A stretch of DNA of 63,340 bases, counting the filler, from Salisapilia sapeloensis CBS 127946 (taxonomy: Eukaryota > Protista > Oomycota), in NCBI GenBank assembly GCA_023334545.1. It is 18 parts of 18 records of this genome, joined end to end, with 100 filler letters (N's around TTAATTAATTAA, not from the genome) between each part and the next. Parts side by side here need not be neighbours in the genome. Positions count along the whole stretch, not along the records: positions 9,962 to 12,696 come from JAADVB010000857.1; positions 12,797 to 14,418 come from JAADVB010001086.1; positions 14,519 to 15,771 come from JAADVB010001230.1; positions 15,872 to 17,000 come from JAADVB010001296.1; positions 17,101 to 19,088 come from JAADVB010000994.1; positions 19,189 to 20,684 come from JAADVB010001126.1; positions 20,785 to 25,900 come from JAADVB010000639.1; 11 more parts are not named here. The stretch is one strand, 5' to 3'. The position numbers were made by a program, and so were the translations under genes. The notes beneath the pieces are model-generated. The model did no database searches, was not told where the DNA came from, and was given only the letters and a program-made list of their open reading frames with translations. Every line of letters begins with the position of its first letter. The stretch's first letter is position 1. Positions 12,538 through 22,323 of the stretch are shown one piece after another.

Positions 12538-12696
12538 ATGGCGACTAGTAGCTACCCCAATCCGAACAACGACTATGAAGTGCCTCAGCCGATCAACGAC
12601 GGCATCCAAGACTTGGCGTGGAGCCCGACGGCCAACGTCCTTGTGGCCGGAAGCTGGGACAATTACGTCCGGTGCTGGGATGTCCAGCAGTCTGGG
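12538..12696 (+). CDS. RAE1: RAE1 N-terminal fragment, copy B (shorter N-terminus MATSSYPNP)
   Basis: Identical to copy A from YPNP onward at protein level; truncated at linker. Confidence 0.88.
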
Positions 12697-13148
12697 NNNN
12701 NNNNNNNNNNNNNNNNNNNNNNNNNNNNNNNNNNNNNNNNTTAATTAATTAANNNNNNNNNNNNNNNNNNNNNNNNNNNNNNNNNNNNNNNNNNNNAATT
12801 TAATTCTAATTCCATCCAAGGAAATTGAAACGATGACCGGATCCTCTGGTCCTGCATGCGAAGGAGAGCCCAAGCGGCAGTTTCTAGCTATGTTCAATCC
12901 AAGCTCCTGGTCGGATGCAACGGACACCTTCCCCTTACTCGAACCGTTAGCTGAACGCGATACTGGACGAGCGAGTCGTTACCACACGCCAGACTGATAG
13001 GGCTCCAGACTGCCGTTGCCAGCTGAACTTCGCTTCGTTTCCGGCGCCCTCTTTTTGATGGCTTCGTCTATCCGCGCATCTCGCGCGCCTCCTGCAGCTC
13101 CTTCATTCGTCCTCTCGCGCCCGACAAGGCAAGGCTACAAGTGAAACG

Positions 13149-13511
13149 ATGGCGACATCGACGGCAGTCACTCCTCCGACCGATTTGACCACCGACCAAG
13201 TGGTCGCGCAAGGACGGCGGCAGAGTGCGTGGCAACGTTGCGACGATGCCATCGTACGTCTCGCACCAAGCTCCACGACCACTTGCGTCGCATGTGGTAA
13301 AGCCGTGTCTGCTCAGAGCTGGCAACTTGGACTCATGTACTCGCACGTCGACGGCTTCTGCCTCTTGGAGTGGTACCACCTCAAGTGCACGTCGGTTATT
13401 CCGTCCCAGACGCTCGCGACCATGCTCGAGTCGGCCGAATGCGACTTGGCACCGGCGCAACGAGTTGCTTTCCACAAGGCGCTCCAAGGCGCGGCTACGA
13501 CGGCGGCCTAA
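13149..13511 (+). CDS. Small protein with a single PARP-type zinc finger (120 aa)
   Basis: APSSTTTCVACGKAV...WQLG...LEWYHLKC has the CxxC ... WYHxxC spacing of zf-PARP. Confidence 0.8.
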   Translation: MATSTAVTPPTDLTTDQVVAQGRRQSAWQRCDDAIVRLAPSSTTTCVACGKAVSAQSWQLGLMYSHVDGFCLLEWYHLKCTSVIPSQTLATMLESAECDLAPAQRVAFHKALQGAATTAA

Positions 13512-13658
13512 GACGATCCTTGTACTCTGCAGTAAACCAAAAAAAGAAACACGTCATGTCAGGAGCTCCTCCTCAAAGGAATGGAAGGAGCTCCCGTCTG
13601 CAAGTTCCAATTGTCCAAGTGTCCTCTTGTTCCGAACCTCGTTTTCTGATATACCTTT

Positions 13659-14418
13659 CTATTCTTCCTGCGTCTGCGACTTGGCCTTGAGCGACCACTT
13701 GTCTCGCTTAATGTCCAGATGCAACGGCGCCCAGTGCAGCTTCTCCGTCACGACCTGCGGCCCTCGAACCTTGTGCTTGGACAAGTACGTTTCCACGACG
13801 CCGTTCGGGACGACGAACACGTACTGGCCGTTTAAGTACTTGATCATGTTCAAGTGCTGCAGTGTGGAGATGACATCCTCTGTCTTGATGGACGTCATCC
13901 GCGTGAGGTCCATGATCGAGACGTTTCTGTCAGGGTACTCTTGCAGGATCTTGAGCAGGACTCGAATCCAGTAACTCCGATAGCTCACGAGCCCCAGGTC
14001 TGACAGCGGCTTTTCAGGAGATCCGACCTTTTCCTCCTTCTTGCTCAATTCGTATGAGAACTCGATGATAAAGTTGCCATAGCCCTTTCGCTGGTGGCAC
14101 GGGAACGTCAAGATGCAGGCGAGGTTGTAGCCTAGCTCGGAGTACTTTTCCTTGGAAAAGTAGCCGACGGGATGGAAGCCTTGGGCGTCCACTTCGCACA
14201 CCATGTAGAAGAGGAACGGGTCCACATCATAATAAAGCGTCTTGTGGTCCAGGAATAGTCTACAGCAGATCGTATTAGCAGAGGTAGAGGTGGAAAGATA
14301 AAGACATAGGTACTTGGCGAGGTAGCACAGGTTCTGGCAGTAGACTTTGGAGATCGTTCCGTCCACTTCAAACACACTGATGTTCTCGTGTCGGTAGATC
14401 TCATTCCCAGGCGGATGC
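13659..14418 (-). CDS. MYST-family histone acetyltransferase (Esa1/KAT5/KAT8-like), 5'-truncated; intron 14260-14313
   Basis: [19 protein letters not shown]|[43 protein letters not shown] and [12 protein letters not shown] 54-bp in-frame GT-AG intron explains the insertion seen in the ORF track. Confidence 0.96.
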
Positions 14419-14518
14419 NNNNNNNNNNNNNNNNNNNNNNNNNNNNNNNNNNNNNNNNNNNNTTAATTAATTAANNNNNNNNNNNNNNNNNNNNNNNNNN
14501 NNNNNNNNNNNNNNNNNN

Positions 14519-14623
14519 GAGTGGTTTGGTTACTATGGCGGAGGTCCGTACTACGGCTACGGTTTTGGATACCCAGGCTATGGCTTTGGCGGCTACGGTC
14601 CGTATGGCTACCCCGGATGGTAA
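14519..14623 (+). CDS. C-terminus of a Gly/Tyr-rich small protein, 5'-truncated
   Basis: EWFGYYGGGPYYGYGFGYPGYGFGGYGPYGYPGW*, open from the linker to a TAA. Confidence 0.65.
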   Translation, partial: EWFGYYGGGPYYGYGFGYPGYGFGGYGPYGYPGW

Positions 14624-15479
14624 CTTGTGCTTCAAGTCGTATTGAGGATATATGAAGCAGGAGAAGAGCTTAAGTTTGCAGGAATATAAATGGTCACGTG
14701 ATTCTCTATATTCTATCACAATTTGGTGCGTCGTGCTCCAACTCGTTGTAGCAGTAGTGGGAAAGTAGAATTGTTTGTATGAGGTAGTGTGTACGTTCGA
14801 CCTTGTTCGCTAACCTTGTCTTGGTCATGCTAGATGGTCTTGTCGATGAGTCTCCGTCTTGGAAGCGGATACTGCAGCTTGCTGAATGTTCTTGAAGTAG
14901 TCTCGAAACGAAGTTGAAGCGATGGAAGTCTTGCGTCTAATGCCACACGATGCAAGTTGTGCGACCGGCGCTGCACAAACAATTTTAGTAGAAAATGGGA
15001 AATCTCGCTGCGTCGAAGCTGCAATAAGGTCAGAGTGATGTACTACACGTGAGTTTCGAAGCAATTCACGAAAATGATAAGGCATATTTGCCCGATTAAT
15101 AATGCATTGCTGAGCAATGCAATGAGAATACCTTCTACTTTGAGACTATAAACACAAAAGAAGCATAGAACATACTCAATACCCTGCATACAAGAATGTA
15201 TTTCCATAGTCCTAAGATCTTAAGATTGCTTATTAATGTACCAGTACCAACGGTTTTCCTTTGCAGTTACTTGCACAAACCTATGCAGACTGACACTCTT
15301 TATTGTGGACGATAGATGTTCCATAGACATTTATTAGCGAGCTCTTATTGCGAAGTAGCTGGTTGATGAGTTGGACAAGGTACGACTGCGAATTGAAAGA
15401 TTAATTTGCGATAATTCATTCGATGGCTACTGCTTCAAATACAATTCTTCCTATTTCGATATAAATGCTGGCTAGTTCC

Positions 15480-15771
15480 TTAAACGATGGTGGGTTTCAT
15501 CTTTTCGTCCATCTTGATCTCGTCTGTGCTTGCGGCAGACTGGTCTTTTGCGTTGTATGGCACTACTGGCTCGGCTTGTCTGCTGGAAGTATGTTCCTGT
15601 GGTTCAGCAATCACGACTTCACGATGCTTATACAGTGCAAAGGCAAATGCGAGCTAGGAGAGAAGTTGTGAGAATAGTGAGGTCGACTGGTATTTCGTGT
15701 AATGGAAAAGCGCTTACGTATAGCAGAAAGAGGACGGTGGAGAAGACCGCACCAGCATTGTTAGCTGCCAC
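15480..15771 (-). CDS. C-terminus of a membrane protein, 5'-truncated; intron 15654-15717
   Basis: VAANNAGAVFSTVLFLLY|LAFAFALYKHREVVIAEPQE...KPTIV*. A GTAAG...CTAG intron joins one hydrophobic helix in frame. Confidence 0.7.
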
Positions 15772-16555
15772 NNNNNNNNNNNNNNNNNNNNNNNNNNNNN
15801 NNNNNNNNNNNNNNNTTAATTAATTAANNNNNNNNNNNNNNNNNNNNNNNNNNNNNNNNNNNNNNNNNNNNCTAAAATGTGCCCCTATTTTGGCACTTTT
15901 ATTGGACGGACAAGTGTACACCTAAAAGTGGGAAGTTCCATCTTTTGCAGTCATTGACTTATAATCAGATACATTTCTCCTTCATAATGATCAAGAACAA
16001 GGAGCATAGACTATCCTGCAGTGGAGATTTATTAGCTTTATTATTTTATATGGTGGTCTGAGAAAAGTCAAAACAACTCGAGATGTTGGAGACAAAAAAG
16101 GATATACTAATTTATAGAACCTTGTCACCAGTGGTATATAGAGGGCGTATGTACCATATTTTATCACAGATATGTATGATGCCACCAGACAGAATCGAGA
16201 ATCCTTTTATCCAGAGCGCTCACTTCTTCATTTGCGTCGCTGAGCTCAAGTCCGATCAAGTATCAGGATCCGAGAATCAAGGCCTAGGGAACCTTCGACC
16301 GATTGGTAATCTCGAGTGAAGGAGAAAGCGAGCAAGATGTAAACGACACGAGCAAGGCAGAAGATACCTTAAGCATACTGGATCTTCTGTCTAGACTTGG
16401 GCTATAGCAAGCCGAAGTGGTTCTTCGTAATGAAGGCCAAACGCGGACCTTTATCTTGAGCATGTCTTGAGATGTCGTGACCGCTACCTCCATAGCAATA
16501 AGTTTTTGCATATATTATGTTTATCATGAGACTAATGCGGGGCATTTAAGTGCAG

Positions 16556-17000
16556 TCCTATGGCATTGTGTACAAGGCCAAGTGGAAGTCTGAGACTTCA
16601 TATGTGGCGATTAAAGAACTGCTGAAAGATGGTAGCAGAACGGAGAAAGCATTCAGGAGGGAAGCCAAAAAATGGAGAAGGGTTCAGCATCACGAAAACG
16701 TACTGAATGTACTGGGCGTTTGTGACATTGGGAAGCCCCTCTTCTTCACCCGCGAATATGCTTCCAATGGGGACTTGGCTCAGTATTGCAAGAGGGCTAA
16801 AAACGCGGGCATGCTACTAAAATTATTCATTGATGCTGCGAATGGACTGAATCATCTCCACCATCAGAGTCTCATTCATGGTGATCTGAAGGCAAGCAAC
16901 ATTCTCATAAGCGACGATGAGACAGCCAACATTTCCGATTTTGGATATAGCCGCGTTCGTACCGAATCAGCAAGCTTAAGCAGCCAACCGTCTTCGAACA
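16556..17000 (+). CDS. TKL-type protein kinase, N-lobe to DFG, truncated at linker; 5' exon not resolved
   Basis: SYGIVYKAKW, VAIKEL, FRREAKKW, HGDLKASNILI and ISDFG. Confidence 0.88.
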
Positions 17001-17101
17001 NNNNNNNNNNNNNNNNNNNNNNNNNNNNNNNNNNNNNNNNNNNNTTAATTAATTAANNNNNNNNNNNNNNNNNNNNNNNNNNNNNNNNNNNNNNNNNNNN
17101 C

Positions 17102-17743
17102 TATGTTGCTAAACTTACGGACTTTGGGCTCAGTATGACAAAGGATGAAGTCAAAGTTTTCAATTCTCTAGATCATACTCGGGCGGTCCAGTGGGTCGCT
17201 CCGGAGTGTCTGCAAGGACGTCCTACCTCTCATGAGTCGGACGTATATTCTCTTGGAATGTGTGTGATTGAGGCTATTAGTGGCAGAACACCTTGGGGTC
17301 GTCTTGATAAAGTTGCGGTCGAGACGCATGTAATACGTGGAACTAAGCCAGGCAATTGTATACATCATATCGTTCCTGAAGAGGCTTGGGATCTTGTTCG
17401 CCGCATGTGTGCGTGTAATCCAGGCGACAGGCTAAAGCTTGACGAGGCTATCAGCAAGCTGGCTGAGCTGGAAGTGGCAGACTGCAATATACTACCTCCC
17501 ACTAGGTACAATCGAGTGATTGCTGACTCAACATCTATTTCGTTTAGCAAGGGTCCACATGACTCGACGTCAACTTCTACACAGAACAGCAGCACAGCAC
17601 ATGCATCCGTCGGTGCTTCCATGAACAAACTACAGATTAACGAGAAGCACGAGGATAGCACATCTACGAACATAGAGCCCGCTTCAGAGGAGAATATTGA
17701 CGAGAACAACGCTATGGACGAAAAAGTGGTAAATTGTAATTGA
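17102..17743 (+). CDS. TKL-type kinase, C-lobe and tail, 5'-truncated
   Basis: AKLTDFGLS, QWVAPECL, SDVYSLGMCVIEAISGRTPWG and CACNPGDRL. Confidence 0.9.
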   Translation, partial: YVAKLTDFGLSMTKDEVKVFNSLDHTRAVQWVAPECLQGRPTSHESDVYSLGMCVIEAISGRTPWGRLDKVAVETHVIRGTKPGNCIHHIVPEEAWDLVRRMCACNPGDRLKLDEAISKLAELEVADCNILPPTRYNRVIADSTSISFSKGPHDSTSTSTQNSSTAHASVGASMNKLQINEKHEDSTSTNIEPASEENIDENNAMDEKVVNCN

Positions 17744-18135
17744 AAATGCCCATTTCGACTACTTGACGAAAATACATTTTTATACAATGATCTGTGGAAT
17801 TGAAGTGGTTGGATGTATTTGATCAGATCACGATTTCAATTACTTTTAATTATATGTATATATATATATATTGCGTGAGGAGCTTAGTGAGGGAAACGAG
17901 GATGATTATGGAAATGTAACCTTCCAGTGTCCAGTCGTATTAATTGTCGACGCATAAGAGATATTGCGAGCTATCTGATCGAACGTAAGATCGTCGGTAC
18001 GTTTGAAAGTCACCAACATTATTCCAGAATTTTATCTTTCAACCTGTTATCGAAGTTATGCAACGCAGAGCAAATTCTCCTTTGGTTCCTTTGCTACAAT
18101 AGCAACGCTGCGCAGTTGACAACTACCTGAGATGC

Positions 18136-19088
18136 TCAAGCTTCTTCAGCTCTGGACTGTCCATCTTCTTCGACGAGCAATTCCTCGTCATCTTTAGCTG
18201 TCCACGACACACAAAGTGTGATGTTACACTCCGGAGACGTCCCAAGATCCGTTTGATTCCCCGTCCTTTGATGTTTCAGCTTCAGAGGAAGTGTAAGCTT
18301 TGTTCCTTTTGCTTTTGCCAAATATGTGTCAGGTGTTATGTGCACCTCAGCAAGCTTCTTGTCACGTGATTCTCGAGCATCGTAGACCCCCACACTAATG
18401 TAGCCGTGGTACTTGTTATCAACCTCAAAGTTAAATGTTTCCGCTGAATCCATTTTAGTCCAGCATGGGTTAGAGGTACGTTTCCCCACGACAGTGCTCA
18501 CATGAACAACTTTTTCGACTTCGAGCCTTACATAAGCACGTGCTCGGGAAAGGTTGGAAATGTCAAAGAGCGTAACTTCCAAGTTTAACCACTTCAGATT
18601 GGCATCAGAAATTGATGATTGACGGTCGAATTGTCTCGAGATGCAATTCTCTTCATCTGAAGATGCAACAGCTCCATTGGATCCCACGGCGCTAAATGAA
18701 TTCGTGGAAACGTTCTCGCTTGACCATGAACCTTCCATCGATGCAATGGAGATCGTATGCTTGAGCTTGGCTTCGCTTGAATTGCTATGCGAAATTCGCG
18801 CGACTTGGATTTTGCCCTTTAGCTGTCTTGTTTCCAGTTCGTCGAGTATCTTTATTACTCGTGAAAGTCCAAGCCGTTTGCAAGCGTATGGGTTGCACAT
18901 TCCCTCGATCAACTCCCACACGTCATCGATAATATTCGCAGGACGTGGTGGTAATTTATGAGCGAGGATTAATTTGCAAATGTCGTGCTCCATCAATTCA
19001 TTCCATGGATTCTCCTGGGTGATCACCTCATAGAAGCACATGCCAAGGGAAAAGATGTCGGACTCTAGTGGAAAGTTATCGGCGACGC
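18136..19088 (-). CDS. TKL-type kinase C-lobe fused to a C-terminal C2 domain, 5'-truncated
   Basis: SDIFSLGMCFYEVITQENPW...LPPRP is followed by LEVTLFDISNL..AYVRLEV..STVVGKRTSNPCW..ETFNFEV..ISVGVYD..DKKLAEVHI, a C2-domain pattern. Confidence 0.8.
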
Positions 19089-19338
19089 NNNNNNNNNNNN
19101 NNNNNNNNNNNNNNNNNNNNNNNNNNNNNNNNTTAATTAATTAANNNNNNNNNNNNNNNNNNNNNNNNNNNNNNNNNNNNNNNNNNNNCATCTTAGTATG
19201 GAAAGGTCTAACGACCATTCATGTTCCTTGTACCTTTGTATTTGCATCACATGTTCCAATACAAGGACCCACTTCAAGATCCGGAATGTTACCCCAGCTT
19301 GGGATACATTCATGTAACTTCCCGTTACAACACCATGT

Positions 19339-20565
19339 TTATGGTAAATGCCCGATTTGATCGATATTATTAAATGTTAACTGTGGCTGATCCGGATTGT
19401 TTTGGTTGGGATGATAGTACTCTTCTCGCTTGAACTCCTTGAACTGTACGACGTACTTGATCTCAATGTCCACATTGCACACCGTATTGTAATAATCATC
19501 TGATCCAAACAAAGGATCCTTGTACAAATAGAACCGCAGTCGTTCGCGATACTCTGGTGCTTCACCCGTCTTGGTCCATATCTTACGTCGTTCATCAAAC
19601 TCTGGATGCGTCTTTGCACTAAATGGTTTAATTTGACGCTTAATCGTCATACTGTTGCCTTCTCCGTTTGGGTGTGCTTTAACTTTATCCCAAATGATAT
19701 CTCTGTATTGTAGAGCATCCTTAAGATGCGTATTGTCATGTAGCGCGTAACGCAGTGTGCCGTCTGTACCTGATGTGACTCCATAGAGATGCGTTCCCAC
19801 CATGATATCGTTGCCTACTCTGTTGCTCTGGTTTTGAAATCGAATGGTAACTTCGCAGCCAAGCGTCGTGTAGAACTTGTATAGGTCTTTGCAATGTTCA
19901 TATCCTCCATAATTGTAGCGTATCCACTCTTGGTCTGAGGGAGCTGCACATGGACCTACTCCGCTCAATTCGACATAACCGTCTCCTGATGAAGAGTAGT
20001 GATTTGTGTGCTTGATTAAATTCGTAAAGTTGCTCAGTGATGCAACTGGCCAGTCTGGATCATTCGTTTGAATACAAAACGATTTAGCTTCGTCGTAGTT
20101 CATGCCACTGATTCCTGCTTGTAGTCTCATTGGAAAGACCATTGTACGTGTTCTCGGTAGCCACGCGGTGTCCGGTTCATGTATGGTGATTTCCGTTTCT
20201 TTGGAGATGGTGTCAATTCCCTTGCTTGCCATGGGGTCGTCTGCTACCATGATGCTGTCTTCTGCAGCTTCTTGCTGTAATAACTCTGCGGGCTGTACGT
20301 GTCCGGGCTCGTAATCGCCTGTACGGAGGTGTTTATTGGATTGTGGTGAGATGTCTGGATGTTCCTTCCTCTTGTTCGACTTATGCGGGGTAGCCTGCAA
20401 ATCTTGAAATGAAGCAGTCTTGCCTTTAGCTTCTTCTTCACCTTTGCCGAATAGTGCTTCATAGCCGTGTTCCAGTTGGCCAACGTCTTCTTTATACTTT
20501 TCATAGGCCTGTTGATAAGATAGCCCTTCGCGTAGTAGTTCTACAATACGAGGTATCCACGACAT
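19339..20565 (-). CDS. ssDNA-virus-like capsid protein (parvo-like-hybrid/CRESS type), intact 408 aa
   Basis: Intronless ORF filling most of a 1.5-kb contig. It has a basic N-arm (KSNKRKEHP) and the motifs SKETEI, YKFYTTLGCEVTI, KIWTKTGEAP and NVDIEIKYVVQFKEF. From memory these resemble the KETPIS / YYTVLGCEY / KTWT / DLKYIVQFKDL motifs of PHV/NIH-CQV-like capsids. Not database-verified. Confidence 0.75.
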   Translation of the reverse strand: MSWIPRIVELLREGLSYQQAYEKYKEDVGQLEHGYEALFGKGEEEAKGKTASFQDLQATPHKSNKRKEHPDISPQSNKHLRTGDYEPGHVQPAELLQQEAAEDSIMVADDPMASKGIDTISKETEITIHEPDTAWLPRTRTMVFPMRLQAGISGMNYDEAKSFCIQTNDPDWPVASLSNFTNLIKHTNHYSSSGDGYVELSGVGPCAAPSDQEWIRYNYGGYEHCKDLYKFYTTLGCEVTIRFQNQSNRVGNDIMVGTHLYGVTSGTDGTLRYALHDNTHLKDALQYRDIIWDKVKAHPNGEGNSMTIKRQIKPFSAKTHPEFDERRKIWTKTGEAPEYRERLRFYLYKDPLFGSDDYYNTVCNVDIEIKYVVQFKEFKREEYYHPNQNNPDQPQLTFNNIDQIGHLP

Positions 20566-20784
20566 CTAGCAAATTGAAAAATGATGGATTTAAAGGTTAT
20601 AGTAAAGATCTTTGATGCGCTGCTGATAGTACTCTGGACTACGTATTGGTTCTCCAGTGGGGCAGTCACGGCAGTAGTCCCAGCNNNNNNNNNNNNNNNN
20701 NNNNNNNNNNNNNNNNNNNNNNNNNNNNTTAATTAATTAANNNNNNNNNNNNNNNNNNNNNNNNNNNNNNNNNNNNNNNNNNNN

Positions 20785-20863
20785 GGTCGTTGGGCTTTAT
20801 TGTTCCTCCAGACCAGATACTAGGCTTCCGGATAATCGTGTAGTAGTAAAACTATTCGGGAAA
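20785..20863. repeat. 79-bp direct repeat at both ends of the contig, partner at 25822-25900
   Basis: GGTCGTTGGGCTTT...ATTCGGGAAA is identical at the contig start and end. Confidence 0.97.
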
Positions 20864-21447
20864 ATCTTGGAAGTAGAGGTATCAGTGTCCACCACTTTCT
20901 GGGTGCCGAAAGCTTCAACTACATGAGGGTAGCGCACCTACGCTGACTGATTAATATTGATCCCACTGCAGCTATTAACCGATTAAAACTCAAGGGACGC
21001 ATTCGAATGAAGAGATGTCAATAATAGAGTTGACTTCTCGTCTATTAATATTAATGCTTCGTCCCATAACGATGTCTGCTCGTTTGTGAATGGATCTTTA
21101 ACCGTAATGAGCCGTTATCTACCACTCAGTTTCGGAGCTAAAATTAAAGTCAAGTATCGATTCTAGATTTCCACTTATTCCTTTCGAGCCCATCCAAGAC
21201 CGATAGACAGAGATATTAATGATGCCACCGCCTTCATGTTATCATCATCGATTGCACAAATATAAAACGAATCAATCTATTTAGTGCAATCCCTGCGTTT
21301 AAAACCTTTTATTATTGTGCTTGCTTCATCCAACGAAGCTACTTGTTGTATCTCTATTTTGGAAGGATTAACGCTTCTACTCAGTGGAAAGGATAGGACC
21401 TTTTATCGAGTGCTTGCAGCCGAGAGCACTAACGATACCTCCCAGAG

Positions 21448-22323
21448 TTACTGATCGTAAAGTAGCTTGAAGGCACTTCCATCTGAAGTCTGCAGCCAAT
21501 TCTCTTTTGGATACTCAACTTGATCACTTTCAATTACATGAACCGAATAGGCATGACGAGAGTGATCGGACGTATTGCCATTACTGTAGTGAACTACGGC
21601 ATTGTGCAATAACACCAAGTCTCCTTTCTTGGTCAAGATGGGTTTACTGCCGTCGATATTCAATTCAACATTTTCAGGCTCGTTTAAAAGCAAGCGTCCA
21701 GATTCCTCTTGCTCTTCTTTTGTCGTGCGTCGAAAATGCTGCTTCACTGGTGTTTTGTGTGAGCCTGGGACTGCATAGAGACATCCATTCTCTGGTGTGC
21801 AGTCCTCTAATGCCCACCAAAGTCCTACGACGGATTGCGGTCGAGTATATAGAAATGTGCCATCTTGGTGTGGATTGACCCTACCACCGATGCGAGGTTG
21901 CTTAAAGATGTACATGGATTGCACAGTCATGGGTTTCCTATAACCAAGAGACTTGATAATGTCCTTGACACTATCTGAGTAACTAACCTCTTGGAAGTCT
22001 GGATCCAGATTATGAAGATTGTGACCGATCTTGTTGATAGCCTGGTTCAATGGTACTTGCAATGCATTGTTCCCATCGAAAGCGAGCTCTTCGAAAAAAT
22101 AGGAGATGTTGTCACCGGAAGACAAGAAGTATTCGTTACTCATCTTCCGCGTCGGATCATTCGTTGTAAAAACTGATGTGTGTTCCTTCGGGTCACATTG
22201 CGCAACGTAGTAAGCTGCTTTCCCACGAAGTTTATTACAGGTTTCACGAGAGAGAGTTCCTTTAATATGGAGGTAACCGTCTGCCTCGAACGAAGCAAGT
22301 TGCTCGGGTGATAATCCCATCAT
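21448..22323 (-). CDS. PHYHD1: Phytanoyl-CoA dioxygenase family protein (PHYHD1-like, Fe/2OG)
   Basis: INKIGHNLH, QSMYIFKQPRIGG, PHQDGTFLY (HxD), WWALEDCTPENGCL and VHYSNGNTSDHSRHAYSVH. Confidence 0.92.
   Translation of the reverse strand: MMGLSPEQLASFEADGYLHIKGTLSRETCNKLRGKAAYYVAQCDPKEHTSVFTTNDPTRKMSNEYFLSSGDNISYFFEELAFDGNNALQVPLNQAINKIGHNLHNLDPDFQEVSYSDSVKDIIKSLGYRKPMTVQSMYIFKQPRIGGRVNPHQDGTFLYTRPQSVVGLWWALEDCTPENGCLYAVPGSHKTPVKQHFRRTTKEEQEESGRLLLNEPENVELNIDGSKPILTKKGDLVLLHNAVVHYSNGNTSDHSRHAYSVHVIESDQVEYPKENWLQTSDGSAFKLLYDQ

Noticed and set aside
9962-12696. Terminal inverted repeats as fold-back (MDA) chimeras or as transposon TIRs
   Set aside because: The RAE1 copies differ at homologous codons just inside the repeat, the arms are ordinary coding sequence, and all three cases are exactly 141 bp. 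This fits k-mer overlap into real paralogs.
11598-14404. Long overlapping ORFs 11598-12200, 11881-12309, 13068-13487, 13225-13974 and similar ones over TyrRS and CARM1
   Set aside because: These are shadow frames of GC-rich real genes with no motifs of their own. The Gypsy antisense ORF differs: it has its own start, extends well beyond pol and rejoins across an insertion.
17851-17871. (TA)n microsatellite
   Set aside because: Short and ordinary.
19189-20684. CRESS origin (TAGTATTAC in a stem-loop) or Rep motifs in the virus-like contig
   Set aside because: Only TAGTACTCT-like near matches without a flanking stem were seen, and no HUH or Walker A motif. The contig ends are not repeated, so circularity is unsupported.
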